Shown piece after piece: positions 20,401 through 32,400 of a DNA stretch of 35,874 bases. The stretch comes from a virus (taxonomy: Duplodnaviria > Caudoviricetes). Each line of letters opens with the position of its first letter. Position 1 is the stretch's first letter. The stretch lies in IMG/VR virus record IMGVR_UViG_3300012952_002503, positions 1-35,874 of that record. One strand, 5' to 3'. The notes under the pieces were generated by a model. It had not been told where the DNA came from. It saw only the letters and a list, made by a program, of their open reading frames with translations, and did not search any database. The position numbers were made by a program, and so were the translations under genes.

Positions 20401-23400
20401 TGTGCCAACATTAGCAGCAGGACGTATCCATGCTTCAATAGTGAAGTCACCAGTGCCAAACTCGAAATCTAGACTTTCTGGAGTCTTAAGTATTGCATTA
20501 GATGGTAAATAGACGGATTTAGTGCCATTCAATTCTGCTTTCTTAACAATTACACTTTGAGTGCAATTTGTTGCAGTTAAGCGACTATTAGTGATATATT
20601 CTCCAGATTGGAATGTGCCAGTAATATTTCCAGCAAATATCCATTTTAGACCAGAATTAGATCCTAGAGCTTCAAATAGTGCTCCAGAAGTCATACCTTT
20701 AATTTGATCGCCAATAACGAATAATCCACGAGAACGATTCTTATAACCGATCTTAGTTGTCCTTATTGTCTCATTATCTTGGAATGTGCCGTCAGTAACT
20801 GTTAGAGCATTAACATTGGTTAAATTACCAGCATTGAATGCTACAGTCGCTATATCACTTAAAGTGCCGATATAGGTCTTAACGTTGGCACAATTGTTAA
20901 TATCTTGGTTATTACCAGATGCATAGTTTGCATCGTAAGTATTAGCAGGAGCAACACCACCAGAGTAAGTTGTAGGATCATTAAGGTTATATCCAACCCC
21001 AGAAAGATCTTTCCAATACATTAGGTTATTAATCGCTCTATACATCAAATCTCTTGCTGCTTGGAAAGCAGTAATCGCTTGTGCCTCTTCTCCAGCAATT
21101 CCGTTAGTTAGAGGGATACCAGCAGCATCGAAGAATTTCTTAGTGAATTCTACTGTATTATACTGTCCACCAGATCCTAAGTCGTTAGCAATAGCATCTA
21201 TGAAATATCCTAGATCTCTACGACATAATGTTTGATGAGGTGAGTATGTACCAATAGTTTCATCAGGAATGTCATTTAGACTTGAGTTGTTTAATGCTTC
21301 GTCAGTAAACTCCCAAAGTGTTGTAATTGCAGCTTGGACATCAGAACAATTGTCAGCATCGGTATTTGAAGTGTTTGAACCAGGAGTACCGTAATTATCG
21401 TTAGGAGAAGGGTCAGCAGTGATTGTAAGGTCTTGATAACCAGTCCAAGAGTCTCCAGAGTTTACAGCATTGATTGTGCCTGAATATTGGTTAGCAACTG
21501 CTGCTTTCATTCTATCTTTTGCTTTTTCAAAGGCAAAACGAGTTTCAGCAGATTGTGCGTTTACATGTTGGTAAACACCTTCAGCAGTAAAGAATTGTTG
21601 GACAAATTTACGAGTATAGACATTACCACCTGCAAAACAGTCAATTGAGATAGCATCGATCATATATTCGAGATCTCGCTTACATTTCGCATCTGAAGGA
21701 ATAGAAGAGCCAGGATACTGAGTCTTCATATCATCAAACGCCATTCCAGCGATCATTGCCTTATTATTCTGAATTAGGCGATATGCATCCTTAAATCTAC
21801 TCCAAGAGTTAGTAATAACGTCATTAGGGAAATAATAGTCAGGATGGTCGATTGCAATTTGTGCTTCTGCAAAATCGATGATTTCTTGCTTATTATTCGA
21901 TATATTCCGTTTTGCATCAAGGAATCTGTTTGCAGCATTAGCATGGAAGACAGAAATTGGATTTCCGTAGAATACCTTCTTATTTCTTATAACTTCGCCT
22001 AAAGTGAAGTTTCCACCAGTAACTTGACTGTAAGTAACCTCAGTTGTCCTAACTTGCTCGAAATCAAGGAAGTCAGCGTTAATTCTTTCATCACTATTAT
22101 TAATCTCAGTAGGAGTGATAGAAGACTGTGAAATGTCGTCTAAGATGACATTAGGATTCTCAAGACTAACTAAACGCTCATAAAGTAATCCTTGGAAAGT
22201 TGTTCCTTTGTTAATGATCAATTCATCAACAACTTCATTATTAATTGGATCACTGTAAGGAGCAATGTATGTAATCTGGCCTGCTATCTTAGATGAGGCA
22301 GAATATATGAATTCATTAAGTCTGAAGTCAAAGATACCAGTTTCAAATCTAGGAGTACCTGAAGTCTTACTTACAACAATACGATCATTAATAACACCTT
22401 GATCATCTACGTTGGTCTCTTCAACATAAGCAGTGTCTCCATCTAGGTTAGTAAGTCCCTCACCAAATCTGAATATAGTAGGACTATTAAGCAGAGTTAC
22501 AGATTCAACTAATGCAGCGAATAATTCTCCTCTCTTAATTTGCTCGTTAAGATCAAAGGTACCACCAACTAGATTAATAACATCTAAATGATTAGTTCCT
22601 GTATCAATAACAGTAGCAACTGTATCAGATAATTGACCTTGAATCTGCTGTCCTAGTGTTGGGAAGATACCATAGTTAGTACCACCGAATCCATCATAAA
22701 GAGCAATTCTGTAGATAGGAGTTGGAGTAACGCCTAAGATTCTATAGTTAACTTTAGAAGGTGGTTTAGGTGGCTCAGAGAATACTAAGTTACCACCAAC
22801 GATCTGATAAGAAACACCAGGAGACTGAATGATACCGTTAAGAGTAATCAATAACTGGTTATCTTTAACGATTACAGTTTCACCCTCAACAGTGATTGGG
22901 AATTGCTTCTCAATACCATCAAACTGATCCCCAATATCATCCATCTTCTTAACAATAGAAGTTAAGATTTCCTCAGAAGAAGTTAAACGCTTCTTACGGA
23001 AGAGAACCTCAGTATTGTTATAGTCAGTATAGATTGGTTGAGCAGCACCAAATGATGTAATCTGGTTTACATTACTATAATTTTGTATATTAACTTTCTT
23101 TGTAAATTCTGTACCAATCTTACGTCCAGATACGTCCTTACCACCACTAAGTTGTAACTGTCCAAACATGTTGAAACCAGCTGGGTGGTTATTCTCTAAT
23201 ACCTGTGTCTTCCACTCAGTAATAGGAATCTCTGATTGGACAACGTATGAGAAGTTCTGGTAGAAGAAACTATCCTGAATCTTCTGGACTATCTCAGAAG
23301 GCTTACCAACGTCATCAATAAATCGGCCTGGTGTCTTCGTTAGGGAGCCAATATTCAGCACACCACGAGCAATAGAGAAGTTATCGATAACTCCAGATGC

Positions 23401-26400
23401 TTTAGATATAACACCTGTTACCTTCTCACCAGCAGCCCAATCACCAGTATAATCAACGATCTTAAGAATCTTAGGACCGATCTGCCAACCAGTGTTAGTA
23501 GATACCTTACCAATTGCTGAAGCAGTCTCAATAGCAGATCCTTGGAATACTTCTTCTCCTTCTAAGAATCTAGAGGTTTCAACAACAGCAGTTGCTTTAC
23601 CACCGAATACCTCAGTTAAAAGTGTCTGTCTACCAGATCCTTGAGTTAGGAAAGTAATGTAAGATCCAGCTTGTGCTGATTGTAAAGTAAGACCAAATCT
23701 TAATTGGTCAGTTTCTAAACCTGCTACCTCACCAGCAATAGCATAGTAAGTCTGTCCAGCGACTAACTGAGTCAAACCTGCGGTACTTGGTTTTGGTAAT
23801 TCACCTTCTGTGCTACCAATATCATCTGCCCTAAACTGTACTTCAGCACCAGTAGTAATACCATGTGGGAAGTTAAACTGTAGATAGTTAAGGTCTAAGT
23901 TAACAACATAGTTGAATTCAGATTTTAGAGTAACCGTTGGTTCAGATGAATATCCAGCACCACTATTTTTAATGATAATCTCACTAAGACGATTATTCTT
24001 AACAATTGCTTCTGCCTCAGCACCAGATCCACCACCACCTTCAATAACAACAGCAGGAGTTGAAGTATAACCAGCACCTGGGTTGGTTATCTTGATCTGA
24101 CTTAGTATTGATGTATTAAAGAGTTGTAAGTTAACAGGGAATGTAATCTCTGGTTTTAAGGTATAGTCATGTGAGTAACCGAAACCAAATTCATTATTCT
24201 TAAGTCTCTTAATCTTACCAATATTACTACCAGTTAAGAATACAGATGCACCAGTACCTTCAGCAGGAATGATTACACTTACCGCACCACCAGAACCTGC
24301 AAGTGTGTTACCTAAGATTCCAGGAATAGCATCAATATCAATAGATGCAATAGTATATCCTTTACCTGGATCTGCTACAGAAGCACCAGTTATAGTTCCT
24401 GATCCAACCTCATCATCTACTTCAACAGTAATAGTTGCTTTAGCACCTTCACCATCACCTGCAACAGGGACATCATAGTAAACACCTGGAGCATACTCAG
24501 TACCTCCATCAAGGATTACAACCTTCTCAATCTGTCTGAAGGATGCAATGTCACTAATGATAGGTAACTTCTGATAGAATCCACCTGGAGAAACCAGTTG
24601 AATAGTATTGATAGGTCCAACTGCTCTTGTGGAAGTAGTTGAATAATATGAATAAACTTGATCAAATTCGTCAGTGCCAACTTCAGCGTTGCTTCTCTCT
24701 GGCTCTTTTAATAATTGGAATTTAAAACTAGTATCTGTTGGTACTTCAGTAACAGTAAATGTGCCTTCAAATGGAGTAGTAATAACATCAATGAAGGATA
24801 GAGGTCCAACAGGAGAGTCATCTCCAAGTCTTGATGGATCGAAGTAGTAAGAGATATTAGTTACATCACCTAATACAGAGAATTTAACAAACGGATATTG
24901 ACCAGCACCTAAAGGAACACCTGGTGTGCCAGATCTCTCAATGTTGTTAAATGAGTATTCTAGTTTGTATTGGTTATCCTGAGAGAATGATAGGTAGTAA
25001 CCGAAGTTAGAAGTATCAGATACATCGAAGACATACTGATGGTTTCTAGTAAATTCTAATGTTGGATGCTTTGCATAAATGTTAACACTATTAATAGCAT
25101 TGTTATTAAATGCAGGGTCACTTACAGCAGTATCCCTAATACCAAATGTATACTCTCTAGATCCAATTACCTGATCAATAAAGAATGATCCATTAAACTG
25201 AGTGCCTTGGAATCCTTCAGTAAAGATAATACTACCAGCAGTGAAGTTATGAGCACTATTTGATGTCGCATAGACATACTTAGTACGAGCAGTTGCAGTC
25301 CTAATAATATCTTTCTCTAAACGTGCTGTAACACGAATCTTCTTAACAGATGCTAATCCACCAACAACTACACTCTTCTCATCTTCAGCAACAGTTATAT
25401 TACCAGCATTAACACTAATAACGTCTTCTGGAATGTATAGTGAACCAGGATGGATCTCTATAATCTGTATTGTATAGTTGTTACCTAAGTCATATCCTAG
25501 GTTTCTAGCGTAATCACTGATAGGCTCAGAGGTTGATATAAATGTCCAAGTTACACTTCCATCAGAAGCATCACCAGTAGTATGAACTGGAGCAGTTGTA
25601 CCAGATACACCAGCACCACCACTTGCTACCTCATATACATTTAACTTATGTCTTACTCTCTGACCAACAACATATAATAGGTTGTTGTCCCACTCAGGCA
25701 TATCACCACCCTGATATTGTGGCATTGGATATGGATGTTGTGTTAGGTCAAGAGTAAACTTACCTGCATCATCAATGAATACCCAGTTTATATTACCATC
25801 ACTTGCTTGACCAGCAGTATGAGTAAGTGAAATTGTACCAGATGTACCAGCACCTAGTGCTTCGTAGATCTTCTTGTCACTGTATACTCTATCTCCTTGA
25901 GCATATACTGTAGCAGCTTGCCAAGGACTCTCTGGTTCATCAATATTGAAATATTGACCTGCTATTTGGTTTACATCAGCAACGTCAGTTCTAAAGCGAT
26001 CATCATCGTTGAATGTACCATACATTTTACCGACTTCATACTTATTACCAAATCCAGGATTAAGTAAAGTGCCTGTTGGTACTTTTACGATTGTGCCGTA
26101 TGCTTGAGTAACTCCAGCACTATTAAATTGCTGTATGATAGAACCCTTAGTTAACTTAACATCTTGGTTAAATGTAAACTCAAGGACATTATCAATTTTC
26201 TGATATAGAGCATCACGGATATAGAACTTACTGATTACATCAGCAGATATCTGTAATGTCTTACCTAAAGGTGATGGAATTGTAGAAGTCTTAGTTGCAT
26301 ACTCAGACTTAGTTGTAGTAAAGCTATATGTTCCAGGTATAAAGGTTGCAGCGACCTGTGACATATCTAATATCTGAAGACCACCAGCACCTAGATCCCA

Positions 26401-29400
26401 AGGACTAAACGCAGATACGTTTAGATCAGCCCAGGTAGTAGGAGTTTCAATATCACTAAACTCTACAGTAGACCAATTGGTCAATCCAGTAAGAGTATAA
26501 GATGCTCTCTTATCATGGAGTCTATCAAACTTAATTAGAGCAGAATCTGAATTACTTGTAGTAACAGGAATCTCTTCTGTTGGTAAACTATATGCAGTAG
26601 TATATGGTGCTACATCATCAACTACAAGATCATCTATCCAACCAATGAATGAGTTACCACTTACAGGACCAGAATACTTACCAGCAAAGGTTACATCAGC
26701 AACGTTTATATCAGATGTAGATTGATAGTTACAAACTAGGTTTCCATTTAAGAAGATCTCATACTGATATAATCCAAGAGATTCTTCTCTCTTCTGGAAG
26801 GTTACATGACACCATGCAGCACTACCAAATGTAGTCCAGTTAGTAGCAACAGCAGAAGAAGCAACTTCTGTTGAGTTAACGTAAATAACAAACTTCTCAT
26901 AGTTACCACTTGTGCTATCACCATCTAATTCTACTTGTATACTATCACCTGCTGTAGGTGTAATATCAAAGAATAATGGTTTAGTATTCTGTGCAGTATG
27001 TTGAGCAGTTGCCATAGAGAACCATCCTCTATAACTCCACTCCTTACCAGAAAGATTTAAACCAGGAAGTTTAACAGGACAGATACCACTTAACTTAAGT
27101 GAGCCAGCACCAAACTTCTGAATAGAAGTGTCAACCCATGCATTCGCAGTAGTATGGAATGCCATTGTTGCGAGATCTTGCTTAGTAAAGTCATAGTCTC
27201 TATCATTTTCATCATTAAAGCGATATGCTGCTAATTGATCTGATTGTTGTCTATCTACAGCAAGAATGCAGTCTCCAGAGTTGTCAACTGTATGCCACTT
27301 AGTATGGAATCCAATATTAGCAGTATCATCAACTTTAGTCTCTTTAATTACAGTACCATCATACTTGAGATAATGTATTACTGAATATCTCTGATTTTGC
27401 TCTTCTATGACATCAGTGACTAATGTGTAGTTACCAAATACGTCTAAACTGATTCCAGCATGTTTAATGGAATCTACGTTACCAGAAACGGTAACTGTCT
27501 TACTCCAAGTCCATGCAGTGTTAGCAGTTGAAACTGGGAACTTATTAATCTGTATTTTCTCCCATTTAGAAGTAGCAGAGTTATAAACGTTCCAAATCAG
27601 GATAACATCTTCATAATTGTCAATAATGAATCTTGGGTCTCTTACATATCCACCAACTGTAGGAATTTGTCTAATCCAGTCAATTTCAATGTTTGCACCA
27701 TCATAGAAAAATACACCGAAGATACAGTCATCATTTTGGTCATTTACACCAACAAACATGAATCTATCATTTGAGATCCACTTAATTTGATGCATTTCTT
27801 CTGAATCATCAGCAGAAGCAAGTTTACGTTTTTCTACAAGGTCACCATCAATACTACACTGAATAACCCACATATCGTTAGGATCAGGTGAGTTACTATC
27901 AGTATAACCACAAAGGTAAATACGACCATCTTGGTCTAGGTCTAAATCTGTTACCCAGTCCCTTCTAGAAAGACCTGAGATACCTGCAATTGACTTCTGC
28001 CATAGTAAGACACCATCAGGTGCATTTGCATTATTAAATCCTGATTCATACTTACCTAACCAAATATCAGGATTATACTGTGAATTGTTAGGATCATAAC
28101 TTTGACCAACAACATATATGATATCATTCTCAGGAGCATCATCAATATGCATCTTGACGAATTCTGCCTTCTTAGTACCACCATTAGTAGGGAGTAAATC
28201 TCTCTCCCAGATAAGCTGGCCTAGGTCATCAAATTTGGCAAGAATTGCTGCTTGATCACCATCTGCCTCAAGCACACTACCACAAATGTAAGTATAACGT
28301 TGTGCAGTAGTTATTGAGTGATGTATAGTAACTTGACCAGCTGCTTCCTTATATTCAGTTAACCAATAACGAGTTTTCTTAAATTGCTGTGGATGTGATA
28401 CTCTGATCTGTGGAGGGTTAGAAGCATCGTATCCATTACCAGAGTTAATGATATTAACCTCATTAATCTGACCAGTACCTTCTAATACAAGAGATAACTC
28501 AGCATCAACACCAGATGCAGTAATCAACTCAAATGTAGGTGGAATGTCAAGATTATATCCAGTACCTGCTTGAGTAACGTTAATTCTCTCAACACCAGCA
28601 ACAACCTTAACTTTGAAGATTTTATTAGTGTTATCAATGACAGGACGGGAATTTACAATAATTTCGTCTTGCTGTCTTAATTCATGTCCTAGAGATGTAG
28701 TAATTACACCGTAAGGACGGTCACCAATTATCTCTTTCTGATAACCAATAATATTCTGACCTTGGACAGATTCAATAAGAGCAGATGCACCAAATCCACC
28801 AGTACCTTCATTATCGAAGAATACGGTGTCATTGACCTGATATGATTCACCTGGGTTCTCAACAACGAATCCGTCTATTTGAGCATTCTCAAACTGAGTA
28901 GTTGTCTCAACTTCGATATCAACTCTAGACTCAGCAGATACTCTTGGGAAGTAATCATATATCTGTAGAGTTGCCTCTTCAGACATCTCTAATAATTCTT
29001 GTTGCTCATTAGCATCGATTAAACCATCATTGTTAGAGTCTTGTATTTCAAAGATAATAGGATATCCTTCTATCTCAGTAGTAAAGACATCTGCCTCTTG
29101 GTTTGGTTGACGATCAACATCGATATCAACATCAGTATATGGGTCTCTATAACGGACAACACCATCAGGTATATTCTCCTGTGTTGCTACCTGAGAGAAG
29201 TTCCAATCATCTGGAAGTGAGTTAAACTGAGGACCACAAATGTATGGATATTCTGGAAGACCTGCTTCACTAGCATCGATAGTTACAAAGTAAGCATATG
29301 TGCCTTCTGCATATTCTGGTGTCTTACAGAAACGACCATTATAGTTGTCTAAGTCACCAGACTGGAAATCATAGTAATAGTCATCAACAAAAGTACCAGC

Positions 29401-32400
29401 ATCATATGTTGATATAGGAGGACCATCTACCCTAGCAGGGTTAGGATTAGTTGTTTCATCATATACAACGTTTGCTTTTAATTTAAAGGAAGTACGCATC
29501 CTTCTAATACCACTATTTGCATCAGTAGGATCGATATATCCATAAGGACCATATATTGGGTTACCATCAAACGCCCAACCGATAATAGGTGAGTGTTGGA
29601 AGTTAGATTCTAATTCTTTAAATGTCTGTGTTACAGGATCCAAATATACATTGTCACCAACAACATATCTTAATTCCTTAGGATCTGATAGGTGAGCATA
29701 TTCACCACCAAACTGGTTGTTATATCCAGTGAATACATAACCTCTTGCATTGTCAAATTTAGTGTCAAGATCATATTCAAGGTTCTTATTCCACTGATAC
29801 ACAGTAGGTGTAAAGGTCGCTAATTGACCTACTGCTTCGAGTCTAACGGTGGTTAAACCTTGTGTATACCCAATACCCTTATTGGTGATAGTTATTCCTA
29901 ATACACGACCTTTGTCTTCTCCAATCGTGCCAATAGTTGCTTTAGCAATAGCACCGAAACCATCACCATTAATGATTACAGTAGGTGCTGTTGTATATGA
30001 TTCACCAGAGTTAATAATAGCGATAGAAACGATTCTACCGTTAATAACGATAGGTTGTGCTAGAGCACCTTCACCAGAGTTAACCTTAATAGCAGGAAGT
30101 GAAGTATAACCACTACCAAAGTTTGTTACGTTAACACTCTGAATAGTACCTCTAACGTTAGCAGTTGCAGTTGCCCCGCTACCGCCACCACCTGTGATGG
30201 ATACTAAAGGTTGTGTAGTATAATCTTTACCTGGTTGCTCTACTAGAATTCTTGTTACTCTACCACCAGTAATAACTGCCTGTGCAGTAGCACCGCTACC
30301 ATTACCACCAACAATAGAAACTAATGGTGAGAATGTATATCCAGATCCCCCTTCAGTTACTTCAAAGGAGTCTAGACTACCATTAACTACAACTTCAGCA
30401 GCAGCATTTGATCCACCACCACCTGTTATCTCTACGTTAGGTTTAGCACCAGCATCATAGTCTATACCTGAATTGGTGACAGTGATAGATGTTAAAGGAC
30501 CATATTGGATATATTCTCTTGATTTGTAAGACCATATAGAAACACCATTAATCCAAGCACCAATAGGTGTTCCTGGATCAACTGTCTTACGTTCTGAGAT
30601 TGTCTGGACTAGTCTAGGGAATCTTAAGAGTTTTCTTTGGTTTCCTGGGATGAGAGCCGACCCAGTGAAAGGACCAATCTTATAATTGGGTAGACCAGAA
30701 GCAGCAACATAAACATAGTTATCGTTGAAGAATGCATTCTGTATGTTAGTAGTAAATTCACTTACAACCTTATTAATGGATGTGATATCAGATTTACCTC
30801 TGTTGAGGTCAACAGATAAGAGAATATTACCACCAGGTACTATCTCTGTTGGTACTGCTATCTGATATGAAAATGTAAACTGATCAATTCTAGAGGTTAC
30901 AGTGAATGTGCCGTTGTATACAACAGGGTTAGCACCGTATATTGTAACTTGGTCAGAAACTAGTAGACCGTGAGGGTTATCACAAACTACAGTAGCAGTC
31001 TGGTTATTAACACCACCAGGAGTAATGTTATTAACCTGAATCAGTTTCTTAACGTTGTATAACCAAGATTGAAGTCTTAATTCTTCAGCAGTAGATCCAA
31101 GGTTTGCTACCTTTAGTTTATCTCCTTGAAGGTAATATGACCCAGTATCATTAAGAACTGTAGTACCTGCTTCAGCGATACCTAACACTCTTAACTTACA
31201 TTCTGTTGAAGTACCTCTATTAACGTAGACATAGATGTCTGACTGGACTATGGTACCAGGATCCCAATCTTCGACGATTCCATTCTTACTACGGGTACAC
31301 TCTATGAACTGGTTTAGGGACTTCTCCTTATATTGGACTTCTTCCTCATCATTGATCCTAATAGTACCATTTCTCTCGGGCCATCCAATAGTACTGTCAA
31401 CCGTTATAATTTGACCATCTAGACTAAGAGGCTCAACAAGACGAGTCTTATAGGGGATAATAAACCTACCAACTAGGGTTTCTTCAGATATTGCTAATTC
31501 GTAAATTGTGTCAGTACCTTCAATAATGGTAATGACGTTTTCAATCAACGCAGATGCAGCAGTTACAGAATTATCAACTTCATCAGCATATTGGTTGATT
31601 TGAGAGTCAATAAGATTTACAGCATCACCTTCTATTAACTCAGCACGTAAAATAGTGTCTACAACCCAAGTAGCATGGGATGGACTGATGATTTCATCCT
31701 TAGGATAGTAAAGATCAACATCTTCACCAAATAGAATCTTAAAGAGGTATTGAGTTGCTAACTTCGTACCTTTTGAGATATAGAAGTCGGTAATATTCTT
31801 AATTACCTGTACTGGGTTAACTTTGGCAAAATCAATATCCAAAGTCGGCAAATACTGCCTTCTAAACTTATCAAAGACTTCTTTAATGAATAAAGAGTCT
31901 AAATTGGTTACATAAGACCCTGCTGGGTGATTTGACTGTCTTAGAGCTGCTTCGCCAGCATATATCTCATTATGAAGGTTATCATAAGCTACAGGACCAG
32001 AAACACCTCTAGCACATCCTAAAAAGGCACTAGGAGCATAATTTGCACCTTCTTCGAGAATATCGAATCCAGTAACTTGATCAAACCCAACATCTACAGA
32101 TGAACGTGCTGCACGAGGTTCTGCAATGTATATTTTGGGAGGTTCTGTTTCTGAGTAACCAGATCCAAAATTAATGATATTAATGTCTGTAATTTCGCCA
32201 TTAAAGATAGTTGCTTGTGCTAAAGCACCTGTACCTCCAATTGGCACTCCATATCCGTCTTTTCTGTCATCTACGATATAAACTGAAGGTGCATCGGTAT
32301 ATCCTTGTCCACCAGTCAACATTTCGATATTTGTGACTGATCCAGATGCTACAGTAACGTCTAAAACTTGAGCACCGATAGGATCGACTATTTTAGTCCT

